Positions 36,538-47,064 of a stretch of 56,685 nucleotides of DNA are shown here, one piece after another. The notes beneath the pieces are model-generated. The model made no database searches, was not told the origin of the DNA, and was given only the letters and a program-made list of their open reading frames with translations. The DNA is taken from NCBI GenBank assembly GCA_902782995.1, contig CACZPJ010000094.1, forward strand, positions 1 to 56,685. The letters are read 5' to 3'. The position numbers and the translations under genes were made by a program. Source of the stretch: an uncultured Lachnospiraceae bacterium (GTDB taxonomy: Bacteria; Bacillota; Clostridia; Lachnospirales; Lachnospiraceae). Within the stretch, counting starts at the first letter, position 1, and the number at the start of each line of letters is the position of its first letter.

Positions 36538-37903
36538 TCTGTGCTTTTTGATATGCATGTGCCTTTTTTACAAAGTTTTTGGCAAATGCCGGATTTGACG
36601 GATAGTACAGATGCGGAAATCCCAGCCAGTAAGCATCCTTACTTAAGATACACGGATAGGATCTTCCGGTCACCGGCTTGGTTGCAATGCAATCGCTTCC
36701 GTTATCACTGCTGTCAAAATAATGGAATTCATGTGCTCTTATCTTCGTATGCTCCGGCAAAAAGTTACTGCACTTCTCCTCCAGTTCAATATAACCGAAC
36801 CGCACCAGTCTGCCCATGTCCTGACAGGTTCCGTTTAAAACCCCGGCCATCTCATATGCCTGATTCTTCTGATCGTTTAAAACCGTATGCAGATATAGAA
36901 AACCACCACACTCTGCTACTGTCGGCATACCATCTTCAAATGCTTCCCGGACTGCCTTTCGCATGGAATGATTCCTGCTTAACTCTTCCACATACAGTTC
37001 CGGATAACCACCACCAAGCAGAATGCCATCACAGTCTTTCGGCAGACTTTTCTCATGAAGCGGAGAAAAATACTGTAAAACTGCACCATATTCTTCTAAC
37101 AGCCGCAGGTTGTCTTCATAGTAAAAACAGAAAGCTTCATCCATGGCGACTGCAATCTTACAGGGATATTTTTCTCTGACCTGTTCCTGCTCCTTTCGGA
37201 TACCGCTTCCATCCTCTGCTTCTGCTGCAATTGCAAGTATGACATCCATATCAATAGTCTCACGCAGTCTTCCTGCCAGTTCCGTGATCTGTTCCTGGAT
37301 TCCATCCAGTTCATCCGGCATAACAAGTCCCAGATGTCTGCTTTCTAATCTGCAGTCTTTCTGCTCCGGAAAATAGCCTGCTACACGTACCGGAAGTTCT
37401 CTTTCCAACAATGGCTTTAGTATCTCATAATATCCCTTTGACATCCGGTTAAGCACAATGCCCCTGATCAGATGATCCGTATCATACTGTAGAAATCCTG
37501 CGATCAGTGCCAGCACGGATTTGCCCATCCCCTTTGCATCCACTACCAGTATAATTGGTGTCTGCGTAACCTTTGCCAGATGATAGGAAGATCCCTGCTC
37601 ATAGATACCGCCTAAGCCATCGTATAATCCCATCACACCTTCAAGCACCGCAAAATCTCCCGGCTGTCTTCCGGAAAAAAAGAGCTGTCTTGTCATTTCC
37701 TCATCCGTAAAAAAGGTATCCAGATTCTTCGATGAAACTTTCAGAACCTTCTTATGAAACATCGGATCTATATAATCCGGCCCACATTTATAGGAATACA
37801 CCGGCTTTCCCATATCTTTTAAGATCTGCAGCATTGCACAGGTAATCATCGTCTTGCCACTGCCGCTTTTCGGTGCGGCTATCATAAACCGGTTTATTTT
37901 CAT
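36527..37903 (-). CDS. cbiA: Cobyrinate a,c-diamide synthase
   Basis: SGSGKT, KCGPDYIDP, EGVMGLYDG, LESRHLGL, GGGYPE, AECGG, HEFHY. Confidence 0.95.
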   Translation of the reverse strand: MKINRFMIAAPKSGSGKTMITCAMLQILKDMGKPVYSYKCGPDYIDPMFHKKVLKVSSKNLDTFFTDEEMTRQLFFSGRQPGDFAVLEGVMGLYDGLGGIYEQGSSYHLAKVTQTPIILVVDAKGMGKSVLALIAGFLQYDTDHLIRGIVLNRMSKGYYEILKPLLERELPVRVAGYFPEQKDCRLESRHLGLVMPDELDGIQEQITELAGRLRETIDMDVILAIAAEAEDGSGIRKEQEQVREKYPCKIAVAMDEAFCFYYEDNLRLLEEYGAVLQYFSPLHEKSLPKDCDGILLGGGYPELYVEELSRNHSMRKAVREAFEDGMPTVAECGGFLYLHTVLNDQKNQAYEMAGVLNGTCQDMGRLVRFGYIELEEKCSNFLPEHTKIRAHEFHYFDSSDNGSDCIATKPVTGRSYPCILSKDAYWLGFPHLYYPSNPAFAKNFVKKAHAYQKAQIKE

Positions 37904-37986
37904 CTTATCTCCATTCCTGCGCTGCCTTTTGCGCATATCACTTGCGTGTGAAAAATCTATTTTTTCACACTAGCTCAAAGAACCTT

Positions 37987-40020
37987 TTACACATCTTCAA
38001 AGGAAAATGCACAGATCCAGACCGGATTTTCTGCCTGCATCAGATGATACTGTCCAATTTTACCAGAACGGCTTGCCTGTATCTGTACCAGGTCCGCATC
38101 CGCGATTCCATAAGATAAGAGTATCTCATGGATCTCACAGATAGTTTCCATGGATACCGCATTGATCACAATACGTATCCTTGGATTTTTCGATCTTAAA
38201 AAATCCAGGATCTCTTTTAGATTTCCACCGCTCCCCCCGATAAAGGCATGCGTCGGGGCTGGGAGATCCGAAAGTCCGTCCGGTGCCTTTGTGTGGAGGA
38301 TATGAATATTATCCAGTTCATATCTGTCCTTGTTTTTTTGGATCAGGGATACGGCATTCTCCTTTTGTTCCACCGCATAAACGGCAATATCATCTGATAA
38401 CAGAGCCGCTTCCACTGCGATCGAACCGGTTCCACTTCCGATATCATAAAGTATGGAATCCGATCTTAGATGCAGCTTACAGATACTTACCTGCCTTACT
38501 TCTTCCTTTGTCATCGGTACTTTTTCCCGGATAAAACCAGTATCACGCAGGTGCGGCGTGACATACCTGCCCTTTGGATTTGGATTCTTTACAAGGCAGA
38601 TATAAAGTCCCTCTTTTGTCAGTTCCATACACTCCTCCGGGGTAAGTTCCAGGATCCTTTCCTCCGGATAGGTAAGCTGATACCCGGCAATGACCTTACA
38701 GCTGCTTAAACCATACTGTCTGTCTTCCTCTAGCAGATGCCCCAATGCATTAACATCCGACACACCGGACATCAATAAGAATGTCTTTTCTGCCCTGCTG
38801 ATGCGCGCTGCAAGATTCGGAAGTTCTATGCCGTGAATACTGCAGATTTCTGCGTCACTATAGGACTCCCCTGCCGCTGCTGCAAGACAGGATACGGATG
38901 AGATACCTGGCAGAATCGTGATATCTGCATGAAGTTTTCCGGTATCGATTTCCTTTTTCATTGCCGGATAAAGATTTTTGCATCCACTGTAAAATCCGGT
39001 ATCACCGGAAAAAAGGATTACAACTTTTCCCTGTCCTTTTTCAATCAGATATGGAATGATCTGCTCTGCAAGATAATAAGGTTTTTTTTCAATTTTTGCC
39101 GTGTATGGCCCGATCATGCGTTTCGCACCAAGTAAGATATCTGCTTCCCGTATTGCTGCAACAGCATCTACCGTCATGCCCGTATCCTTTCCCATACCGA
39201 TACCGACAAGTGTGATATGCATCCCGCATGGATCCGTCTCCTTCTCCGCTGAATCAGCGGAATAATCCGGTATCAGATATTTACATACCTCCTGAAAGGA
39301 CATTCCCTCTTCCTTCTGTGGCTGCCCGATTACATATACCGGAATGTTCCGGTTCTTTGCGGCTGCAATTTTCTCCCTCCAGCCACCTGCTGCTCCACTT
39401 TTTTTGGTTACCAGACACCGGATATCATACTGTTCGAACAACGCTTCATTTAAGGCAGTATGAAAAGGCCCCTGAAGTGCTAAAATATGCTTTCCACGAA
39501 TCCCCTGTTCCATACACAGACGGATGCTTTCGATCCCCGGAAGCACACGTACATACAATCGTTCTTTTACCTGCTCATCTGCACAATAATCAGCAAGTTC
39601 CTTACTTCCCGTGGTAAGCAGAATATTCCCATCTATTTTTTTCAGTGCAGATGCACACGCTGCATGATCCTTAAAACAAGTGACCTGTTCATAATCCGCT
39701 TCTAAATCTGTTTCCCGCTTCAGACGGATATAGGTGATCTTAGCATCATCTGCAACTGCCGTCTTTATGTTTTCTGTAACTGCCGTCGCATATGGATGCG
39801 TGGCATCGATCACTACCTCATATCTGTTCCTGCGTATCAACTGCTCTATGGCAGCACAGTCCATACGTCCCATATGGACCTGTGCATATGGATGTTCCTT
39901 TAAAACAATTTCACCATATTCTGTTGCAACGCATATGGTATGTCTGATTCCGGCTGCACACAAAGTCTCTGACAGCTTTCTTCCCTCTGTTGTCCCTGCA
40001 AAAATCAGTATCTTACACAA
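37987..40020 (-). CDS. cbiJET: CbiJ-CbiE-CbiT triple fusion (precorrin-6A reductase + C5/C15 methyltransferases)
   Basis: AGTTEG, IDATHPYA, TKKSGAAGG (CbiJ); VGIGMG, SGDTGFYS, PGISS (CbiE); PMTKEEVR, DIGSGTGS, FIGGSGG (CbiT). Confidence 0.92.
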   Translation of the reverse strand: MCKILIFAGTTEGRKLSETLCAAGIRHTICVATEYGEIVLKEHPYAQVHMGRMDCAAIEQLIRRNRYEVVIDATHPYATAVTENIKTAVADDAKITYIRLKRETDLEADYEQVTCFKDHAACASALKKIDGNILLTTGSKELADYCADEQVKERLYVRVLPGIESIRLCMEQGIRGKHILALQGPFHTALNEALFEQYDIRCLVTKKSGAAGGWREKIAAAKNRNIPVYVIGQPQKEEGMSFQEVCKYLIPDYSADSAEKETDPCGMHITLVGIGMGKDTGMTVDAVAAIREADILLGAKRMIGPYTAKIEKKPYYLAEQIIPYLIEKGQGKVVILFSGDTGFYSGCKNLYPAMKKEIDTGKLHADITILPGISSVSCLAAAAGESYSDAEICSIHGIELPNLAARISRAEKTFLLMSGVSDVNALGHLLEEDRQYGLSSCKVIAGYQLTYPEERILELTPEECMELTKEGLYICLVKNPNPKGRYVTPHLRDTGFIREKVPMTKEEVRQVSICKLHLRSDSILYDIGSGTGSIAVEAALLSDDIAVYAVEQKENAVSLIQKNKDRYELDNIHILHTKAPDGLSDLPAPTHAFIGGSGGNLKEILDFLRSKNPRIRIVINAVSMETICEIHEILLSYGIADADLVQIQASRSGKIGQYHLMQAENPVWICAFSFEDV

Positions 40021-40744
40021 TCTGATATCCTCTCCTTGTCACAAGCTTTCCATCGATTATACGCGTTCCCATACTTCCGATAAACACCGTCGTAAACATA
40101 TTTACCTGTGCATCCTTTAACTCTCCTAACGTACATACCACATACTTTGTGCCTTCACGCCCGATATTTTCCACATAGCCACAGGGTCTCTCCGGTTCTA
40201 TGGTACGAAGCAGGATCTCACACGCACGCAGCAGATAATCTTTTCGCTTATGGCTCGATGGATTATAAAGTGCGATCACAAAATCACCCGCAGCTGCAGC
40301 CACCAAACGCTTTTCAATTTTTTCCCATGGAGTAAGCAGATCACTCAGACTTATCGTACAAAAGTCATGATTGAGTGGTGCCCCAAGCACTGCTGCCCCG
40401 CTGTTTGCCGCCGTAATCCCCGGTATAACTTCAAGCTCTGTCCCCGGATATTCCTGACCGATCTCATACATCAGGGATGCCAGTCCATAGATTCCCGCAT
40501 CTCCGCTGCATACAAGTGCCACCACTTTTCCCTTTGCAGCTTCCGCAAAGCACATATGACACCGCTTCCGCTCCTGACGCATCGGGGTCGTGAGCAGTTC
40601 CTTATGTCTGAAGGTATCTTCTAAAAGCTTGATATAGACCGTATAGCCGATGATCACATCTGCCTGTTTTAACACCTCAATTGCCCTTTTTGTCATCATA
40701 TCTTCACTTCCCGGTCCCATACCGACGATATAAATCCTGCCCAT
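40013..40744 (-). CDS. cbiH: Cobalt-precorrin-3B C17-methyltransferase
   Basis: VGMGPG, SGDAGIYG, GAPLNHDF, SLSDLLTPW, LYNP. Confidence 0.95.
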   Translation of the reverse strand: MGRIYIVGMGPGSEDMMTKRAIEVLKQADVIIGYTVYIKLLEDTFRHKELLTTPMRQERKRCHMCFAEAAKGKVVALVCSGDAGIYGLASLMYEIGQEYPGTELEVIPGITAANSGAAVLGAPLNHDFCTISLSDLLTPWEKIEKRLVAAAAGDFVIALYNPSSHKRKDYLLRACEILLRTIEPERPCGYVENIGREGTKYVVCTLGELKDAQVNMFTTVFIGSMGTRIIDGKLVTRRGYQIV

Positions 40745-40761
40745 ATATCTGCTCCCTTCTG

Positions 40762-41895
40762 TCAGTTCTTTGTAAAATCTTCCTTTCCATCCGCCACTTT
40801 TCCTGCAACCGCCACGGTCACACCATCATAAGCATGTTTCCGGTACACAAGTTCACCCTTCCCGTCACATGCCAGGACTGCTGCCCGCTCACATACATTA
40901 TCCGTACCCACATGCTCCCTTACAAACTCAGATGCCGTAAAATCTCCCTTTAACGTCATAAGCTCATCTGCCGTATAAGTGACAAACCGGATTCTGTTTT
41001 GTCTGCTCCATGTTAAAATCCCAGGCTCATCCTTTTTTGCATCAACCGATGCCACCACACCCAGCTGGTCTTTGGATATTCCGGTTTCTGCAAGACTCTG
41101 TGCAATCGCTTTTTCAATCTTTCTAACATCTGTGTTTTTCTTACATCCTATTCCAAGCACGTACCGCTTCTGCACCAGATACAGCAATACGTCCTCGGAT
41201 GCCAGGTCTTTTTCTGCGGATATACGGATATCTGCTGCCGCTGCAGACGGCTCCTCTATAAATTCCGTTTCCGGTGGAAACTCTTTTTTCCATTTATCTA
41301 TGGCATCTTTTCCACACCCCGGATCAACCGATACCGTAAGCTTCTCTCTGGCGAGAATTTTGGCCGATATTTTTGCAATCCCTTCTTTGTTTCTGATCGC
41401 AAGATCATTTTCTCCCGCAAAAATATCAACTGCAAAGCTGTCGTTTAGATCGGTTGCCGTTGTAAGTACCGCAACTGCATGAATCCACTCTGCGATCTGT
41501 ACCGCCAGTGCATTTGCACCGCCTATGTGGCCGGATAAAATCGGGATCACAAAATGTCCGAGTTCGTCTATTACGAGAACCGGACTGTCTGTCTGCTTAT
41601 CCCGCACTGCAGGTGCTATCGCCCTTACTGCGATTCCGCAGGCTCCAACAAAAATAAGGACATGTTTCTCCTGCATCCGGGCAGTCCCCCATTCCTCAAC
41701 CGGAGCCTCCACATAAACCGGAGCTTCTGCCAGATTTCCACATGCGGGATCTGCATGTTTCATCCGTGAACACTTGGTAAAGACCTTCACCTGCATACCG
41801 TGCTCCTGTAAGATTCGTGCAATCTCACAGGAGCATGTAAGTCCCTTACCGGTAAAACTGATCATACTGATTACCATGTTCTTTTTTTCCTGCAT
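40762..41895 (-). CDS. cbiG: Cobalt-precorrin-5A hydrolase
   Basis: GIAVRAIAP, LSGHIGGAN, TTATD, GIGCKK, NVCERAA. Confidence 0.93.
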   Translation of the reverse strand: MQEKKNMVISMISFTGKGLTCSCEIARILQEHGMQVKVFTKCSRMKHADPACGNLAEAPVYVEAPVEEWGTARMQEKHVLIFVGACGIAVRAIAPAVRDKQTDSPVLVIDELGHFVIPILSGHIGGANALAVQIAEWIHAVAVLTTATDLNDSFAVDIFAGENDLAIRNKEGIAKISAKILAREKLTVSVDPGCGKDAIDKWKKEFPPETEFIEEPSAAAADIRISAEKDLASEDVLLYLVQKRYVLGIGCKKNTDVRKIEKAIAQSLAETGISKDQLGVVASVDAKKDEPGILTWSRQNRIRFVTYTADELMTLKGDFTASEFVREHVGTDNVCERAAVLACDGKGELVYRKHAYDGVTVAVAGKVADGKEDFTKN

Positions 41896-41896
41896 A

Positions 41897-42670
41897 TTAC
41901 CTGTTTCCTTCTTCTTCCTTTGCTTTACGAAATTCTGTTGAAAAATCTGCGGCATATAGTCTGGACTTTTGATACTTCTGATGCGTGATGACATCACCCA
42001 CAAGCACAATCGCTGTTTTCGTTATGTTGTGTAAGCGGGCTGTTTCCTCTAAAGTTCCCACCGTACATACATATGCCTCTTCTTCCGGCCAGGTTGCCTT
42101 ATATACAAGTGCAGCCGGTGTATCCGCACGATACCCGCCAGCTATCAATCTTTTGCCAAGTTCTGCCAAAAGCCCTGTGCTTAAGTAGATCGCCATAGAT
42201 GTCTGATGTGCTGCAAAGCTTTCGATACTTTCCCGCGGTGGAACCTTTGTACGTCCTTCCATCCTTGTAATGATCAAGGACTGTGAGATATCCGGCAGCG
42301 TATATTCCAGATTCAGCGAAGCTGCCGCTCCAAAGCACGCACTCACTCCCGGACAGCTTTCATATCCGATACCAAGCCGGTCTAATTCATCCATCTGTTC
42401 CCTGACTGCTCCATAAATACTCGGTTCTCCGGTATGAAGCCGGACGGTACACTTCTTCTTAACCTCCGTCTGCTTCATGATTTCTATTACTTCTTCTAAT
42501 GTCAGCTTTGCACTGTTATAGATCTCACAATCCTCCTTCGCATATTCCAAAAGCTGTGGATTGACCAGTGAGCCTGCATAGATAATAACATCCGCGTGCT
42601 GCAACAGCCGCATTCCTCTTACGGTAATGAGGTCTGCTGCTCCTGTTCCTGCTCCAACAAAGTAAACCAT
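41897..42670 (-). CDS. cbiF: Cobalt-precorrin-4 C11-methyltransferase
   Basis: VGAGTGAADLITVRG, YAGSLV, RLHTGEPSIYGAVREQM. Confidence 0.95.
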   Translation of the reverse strand: MVYFVGAGTGAADLITVRGMRLLQHADVIIYAGSLVNPQLLEYAKEDCEIYNSAKLTLEEVIEIMKQTEVKKKCTVRLHTGEPSIYGAVREQMDELDRLGIGYESCPGVSACFGAAASLNLEYTLPDISQSLIITRMEGRTKVPPRESIESFAAHQTSMAIYLSTGLLAELGKRLIAGGYRADTPAALVYKATWPEEEAYVCTVGTLEETARLHNITKTAIVLVGDVITHQKYQKSRLYAADFSTEFRKAKEEEGNR

Positions 42671-43755
42671 TGTTCTGCCCCCCTGCTTCTTGCCAGTTCG
42701 CCAAATTCATTGGCATACATAATACAATCTATCTGAATCTTACCTCTTCCACGCTTATCTAAGTAAAAACATATACGTTCCATGGCATCTTCCATGACTG
42801 CCTCTGATTTTCTGCACTCCTTTAGTATCCGTACGGCTTCTTCTGTCGTAACACATGCTAATATCTTTCCTGCGGTCGGAAGATCTGCTCCATTTTTTAC
42901 AGCCAGAGCACATAACAGTTCCATCCGGCAGTCTGCCTCACGCGAATGTGTATTCATGATCCCGCCTGCCACTTTGATAAGTTTTCCGATATGCCCTGTG
43001 ATAAGCAGTCTCTGAAATCCCAGCTCTACTGCCATATCAATTGTTTTTCCAATAAAATTACTGCACTTTACACTTCTGTCAAGATCATATCCATAGGCTT
43101 CTTTCATAAAATCAAGTCCATAATTTCCCGGTGATACCGCAACATAATCATAACCGAGTGATCTTCTCTGGTTTAATTCCACCCTGATCGTATCAAGGAT
43201 TGCCTGATTGCTCATCGGCTCTACTACTCCACTTGTTCCAAGAATCGAGATTCCTCCCACAATCCCAAGTCTCGGATTGAAGGTCTGCTCTGCAAGTGTA
43301 TCTCCACCCGGTACTGAGATCTCGACAAAAATTCCGCCCTGATAATCCAAAAGCTCACAGACCTCCTGTACTTCTTTTTTGATCATCTCACGCGGAACAT
43401 GATTGATCGCGGCATTTCCAACCGGCTGATCTAATCCCGGCTTTGTCACTCTGCCAACACCAATCCCTCCGTCTATATGAATGGTAAGCTCCTTCTGTGG
43501 GTGTGATTTTTGGACACTTACCCTGGCATAGATCCGCATACCTGTCGTGACATCCGGATCATCACCACCATCCTTGATAACGGCACAGCTTACCTCTTTT
43601 TCATCCCTTTGAATATCTATGATATCGGCAGTATATGGGATTCCCTTAGGTGTCTCAATGGTAATCTGTTCTTTTTTCATTCCGGTTAACAGCATATAGG
43701 CTGCTGCCTTTGCTGCTGCAGCAGCACAGCTTCCCGTTGTAAAACCATACCTCAT
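42619..43755 (-). CDS. cbiD: Cobalt-precorrin-5B C1-methyltransferase
   Basis: GFTTGSCAAAA, KDGGDDPDVT, NPRLGIVGGISILGTSG, GHIGKLIK. Confidence 0.95.
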   Translation of the reverse strand: MRYGFTTGSCAAAAAKAAAYMLLTGMKKEQITIETPKGIPYTADIIDIQRDEKEVSCAVIKDGGDDPDVTTGMRIYARVSVQKSHPQKELTIHIDGGIGVGRVTKPGLDQPVGNAAINHVPREMIKKEVQEVCELLDYQGGIFVEISVPGGDTLAEQTFNPRLGIVGGISILGTSGVVEPMSNQAILDTIRVELNQRRSLGYDYVAVSPGNYGLDFMKEAYGYDLDRSVKCSNFIGKTIDMAVELGFQRLLITGHIGKLIKVAGGIMNTHSREADCRMELLCALAVKNGADLPTAGKILACVTTEEAVRILKECRKSEAVMEDAMERICFYLDKRGRGKIQIDCIMYANEFGELARSRGAEQWFTLLEQEQEQQTSLP

Positions 43756-43770
43756 GTCTGTCCACCTGTT

Positions 43771-44415
43771 TTATCCTTCCCGCTTCACCATAGAGTAAAT
43801 CAGTGCGTTACATATGGCTGCCGCAATGTTGCTTCCACCCTTTCTGCCACGGTTCACAATATATGGAACATCCGTTTCCATAATAAGTTCTTTGGCAGCT
43901 TCTACATTGACAAAGCCTACCGGAACACCGATCACAAATGCCGGCCGGTAGATCCCCTGTTGTATCATTTCATAGAGCCGGATCAATGCAGTCGGTGCAT
44001 TTCCCACTGCAAAGATCACAGGCTTTTCTATCTTAGAAGCCATTTCCATGCTGACTGCTGCCCTGGTTGTCTTCCGCTCTTTTGCAAGCTTTGCCACCGT
44101 CTCATCTGCCATGAAGCAGTGAGCCTGTCCGCCAAAGGCCGCAAGCAGTTTCTTATTTACTCCGGAAAGTGCCATGTTGGTGTCGGTTACAATATCCGCA
44201 CCTTCTGCAATCAGCTTTTTTGCCTTTGTAACTGCATCTTTCGAATAAGTCAGTGTCTTTACATATTCAAAGTCGGCACTTGTGTGTATGACTCTTTTTG
44301 TAATCGGTTCCTGCTCTTTTGGCAGGACAATATTCATCTCGAAAAGCTCTTTTGTTATGATCTCAAAACTTCTTTTTTCAATCTCCATCGGCTGTAAATG
44401 CTCTATCTCTTTCAC
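43771..44415 (-). CDS. cbiC: Precorrin-8X methylmutase
   Basis: IEKRSFEII, RVIHTSAD, GNAPTAL, PVGFV, GRKGGS. Confidence 0.95.
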   Translation of the reverse strand: MKEIEHLQPMEIEKRSFEIITKELFEMNIVLPKEQEPITKRVIHTSADFEYVKTLTYSKDAVTKAKKLIAEGADIVTDTNMALSGVNKKLLAAFGGQAHCFMADETVAKLAKERKTTRAAVSMEMASKIEKPVIFAVGNAPTALIRLYEMIQQGIYRPAFVIGVPVGFVNVEAAKELIMETDVPYIVNRGRKGGSNIAAAICNALIYSMVKREG

Positions 44416-44460
44416 TATACGCCCTTTCTGCCTTCCATAAACTGCACACTTTTCAAAAAA

Positions 44461-45942
44461 TCAGTGGATTTCTGCTTCCGTCAGCATCTCATAGATCTGA
44501 TCCATATTAAGATATTCGCGTAATGTATCTGCAAGCTTATCGTACTGCTTTTCCTTGAAGGTCTGATAATCCTCAAACACACCATCGGTGATACAGATAT
44601 CCTTCTTTTTTGCCAGAACTCTTATGATACATTCTGCAACCGCTGCACTGTCAAAAAGTCCATGCACGTACGAACCATATACATTTTTTCCATCCGTTAT
44701 CACATTTTCTAATACAGAATGCTCCTGTACCTGCTGTGCGGTGGTACTACCCATATGTATCTCGTAACCGCAAAAAGTAAGTCCGGACAGATCCTTGAAA
44801 ACACCTTCTAACTTTGCAATACTGCCTTTTACCTGACAGCGTTTTTTCTGTTTCTGTAAAACAGTTTTGGTTAAAAGCAGTTCCATTCCCCTGATCGCGC
44901 CGCCTTCTTCCACTGCATCCGGATCCCGGATGGTACTTCCAAGCATCTGATAACCACCGCAGATTCCAAATACAGGAATCTGCTTTGAAAGCTTTTTGAC
45001 CTCTGCTTCGATCCCATTTTGCCGCATCCACTTCAGATCTCCCATCGTATTCTTGCTGCCCGGAAGAAAGATCATATCCGGATGATGCAGTTCTGCAGCC
45101 GATGTGACATAGCGCACGCTTACCTCAGATATCTGTTCAAATACATTAAAATCTGTAAAGTTAGAGATCCTTGGATATCTTATGACTGCCAGATCAATGA
45201 GACCCTCACTTTTTTTCGTAAAGCGGTCTGTCAGGCTGTCCTCATCCTCCAGTGACAGATCCATATACGGAATAACACCTGCGACCGGCACCTGTCCTCT
45301 TTCCTCTAACATTGTAATGCCGGGATCTAAGATAGACTTATCTCCCCGGAATTTATTGATGATAAGACCTTTTACCCTGTTCTTTTCTTCCTCGGTAAGC
45401 AGCATCAGTGTTCCTAAAAGCTGTGCAAAGACACCTCCCCGGTCAATATCGCCGACCAAAAGTACCGGCGCATTTACCATTGCTGCCATCCCCATGTTTA
45501 CGATATCATTTTCCTTTAGATTGATCTCTGCCGGACTTCCCGCACCTTCGATCACAATAATATCTGTATCCGTTTCCAGTTCCCGGAACGCCTTTTTGAT
45601 ATCCGGGATCAGACTTGTTTTATACTGAAAATAGTCTTTTGCCGCCATATTTCCAAGCACCCGGCCGTTGACAATTACCTGTGACCCTACATGATTGGTT
45701 GGTTTTAACAGGATTGGATTCATACAGACCTTAGGACGGATGCCTGCTGCCTCTGCCTGCATGACCTGTGCCCTTCCCATCTCAAGACCCTCTTCTGTGA
45801 TATAGGAATTCAATGCCATATTCTGGGACTTAAACGGTGCCACCCGGTATCCATCCTGTTTAAAGATCCGGCAAAGTCCGGCTACCAGAAAGCTCTTACC
45901 GGAGTTTGACATTGTCCCCTGTACCATGATTACTTTTGCCAT
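44461..45942 (-). CDS. cbiP: Cobyric acid synthase
   Basis: [43 protein letters not shown]. Confidence 0.96.
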   Translation of the reverse strand: MAKVIMVQGTMSNSGKSFLVAGLCRIFKQDGYRVAPFKSQNMALNSYITEEGLEMGRAQVMQAEAAGIRPKVCMNPILLKPTNHVGSQVIVNGRVLGNMAAKDYFQYKTSLIPDIKKAFRELETDTDIIVIEGAGSPAEINLKENDIVNMGMAAMVNAPVLLVGDIDRGGVFAQLLGTLMLLTEEEKNRVKGLIINKFRGDKSILDPGITMLEERGQVPVAGVIPYMDLSLEDEDSLTDRFTKKSEGLIDLAVIRYPRISNFTDFNVFEQISEVSVRYVTSAAELHHPDMIFLPGSKNTMGDLKWMRQNGIEAEVKKLSKQIPVFGICGGYQMLGSTIRDPDAVEEGGAIRGMELLLTKTVLQKQKKRCQVKGSIAKLEGVFKDLSGLTFCGYEIHMGSTTAQQVQEHSVLENVITDGKNVYGSYVHGLFDSAAVAECIIRVLAKKKDICITDGVFEDYQTFKEKQYDKLADTLREYLNMDQIYEMLTEAEIH

Positions 45943-45948
45943 ATTTCA

Positions 45949-47064
45949 TTATCCCTTACTATCCATTTCATTGATCCGCTGTTTTCCGACACTGCCGGCA
46001 TACTCCCAGAGCTTACGGTTATAAGATTCACCTGTTCCGAAATCTTTCCTGCAGCAGATGACCTGCTCACAGGAATCAATCAGTTCCTTTGCAAGATGAA
46101 CCATCTCATCGCTGACCGGTTCAAAGCTCTGCGTGCAGACAGCCTTTGCGGACAGTGCCTTTGCCACCGGATAATCAAGATCATTTTCAGCAATGATCCC
46201 GGTATAAAACGGAATCCCCTGTCTCTGATAATGCCGGAATAAACCACGTCCGCTGCCTCCCCCTGCAATGATAAATACCCGTGGTGTTCCCTGCGCTTTT
46301 TCCAGTTCGATATCCTCATTTTCCTCATCATAATACCCTGTGTCTATGGAAAACAACTGCTTTATATATCCCTCCTGGAATATCTCATCCGGACTGCCAT
46401 ACCGGTCCACATATCTGCCATTCACACAAAGTATCTGATCAGAGATACGCTCTGCAAGTTCTAACTCATGCAAAGACATGATAACCGTAAGGTTTCTTTC
46501 CCTCTTCATGCGCTGTAGTATGGATAAAAATTCCAGTTTATACCGGATATCCAGATAAGAGGTCGGTTCGTCTAAGACAATGACCTGTGGCTTTTGACAA
46601 AGCGCTCTTGCTAGCAGGACACGCTGTCTTTGTCCGTCACTGATCCTTGTAAAATCCTGATCCCTGATCGCGGTAATATTTACAAGTTCCATTGTCTCAG
46701 ATACGATTTTTCTATCCTGTGTACTCAGCAGTCCAAACCTTCCGGTATACGGATACCGCCCCGTTGCCACCACATCTTCACATGTCATAAGCTCTGTCCG
46801 GATACCTTTTGTCAGGACAACTGCCATTGTCTGTGACAGTCTGCTTCCTGACATCTCCTTTAAACTCTCTTCTCCGATATATACCGTACCGCAAAGCATC
46901 TTCAGCTGACGCGTCAGACTTTTTAAAATCGTTGACTTTCCGGCTCCGTTTGGTCCGATCAGCGTCAGGATCTCTCCCTGCCTTAACGTGAGATCAATAT
47001 CCTGTATCAAAGGCTTTCCCTCATATCCAACTGTCATTTTTTCTACTTTAAGAAAATATTTCAT
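45949..47064 (-). CDS. ABC transporter ATPase (BtuD/FepC family)
   Basis: GPNGAGKST, ISDGQRQR, LDEPT; C-terminal extension. Confidence 0.92.
   Translation of the reverse strand: MKYFLKVEKMTVGYEGKPLIQDIDLTLRQGEILTLIGPNGAGKSTILKSLTRQLKMLCGTVYIGEESLKEMSGSRLSQTMAVVLTKGIRTELMTCEDVVATGRYPYTGRFGLLSTQDRKIVSETMELVNITAIRDQDFTRISDGQRQRVLLARALCQKPQVIVLDEPTSYLDIRYKLEFLSILQRMKRERNLTVIMSLHELELAERISDQILCVNGRYVDRYGSPDEIFQEGYIKQLFSIDTGYYDEENEDIELEKAQGTPRVFIIAGGGSGRGLFRHYQRQGIPFYTGIIAENDLDYPVAKALSAKAVCTQSFEPVSDEMVHLAKELIDSCEQVICCRKDFGTGESYNRKLWEYAGSVGKQRINEMDSKG

Noticed and set aside
37946-37970. GTGTGAAAAA/TTTTTCACAC palindrome inside the cbi operon
   Set aside because: Real inverted repeat, but AT-rich and unique; cannot tell an operator from an mRNA-stabilising stem
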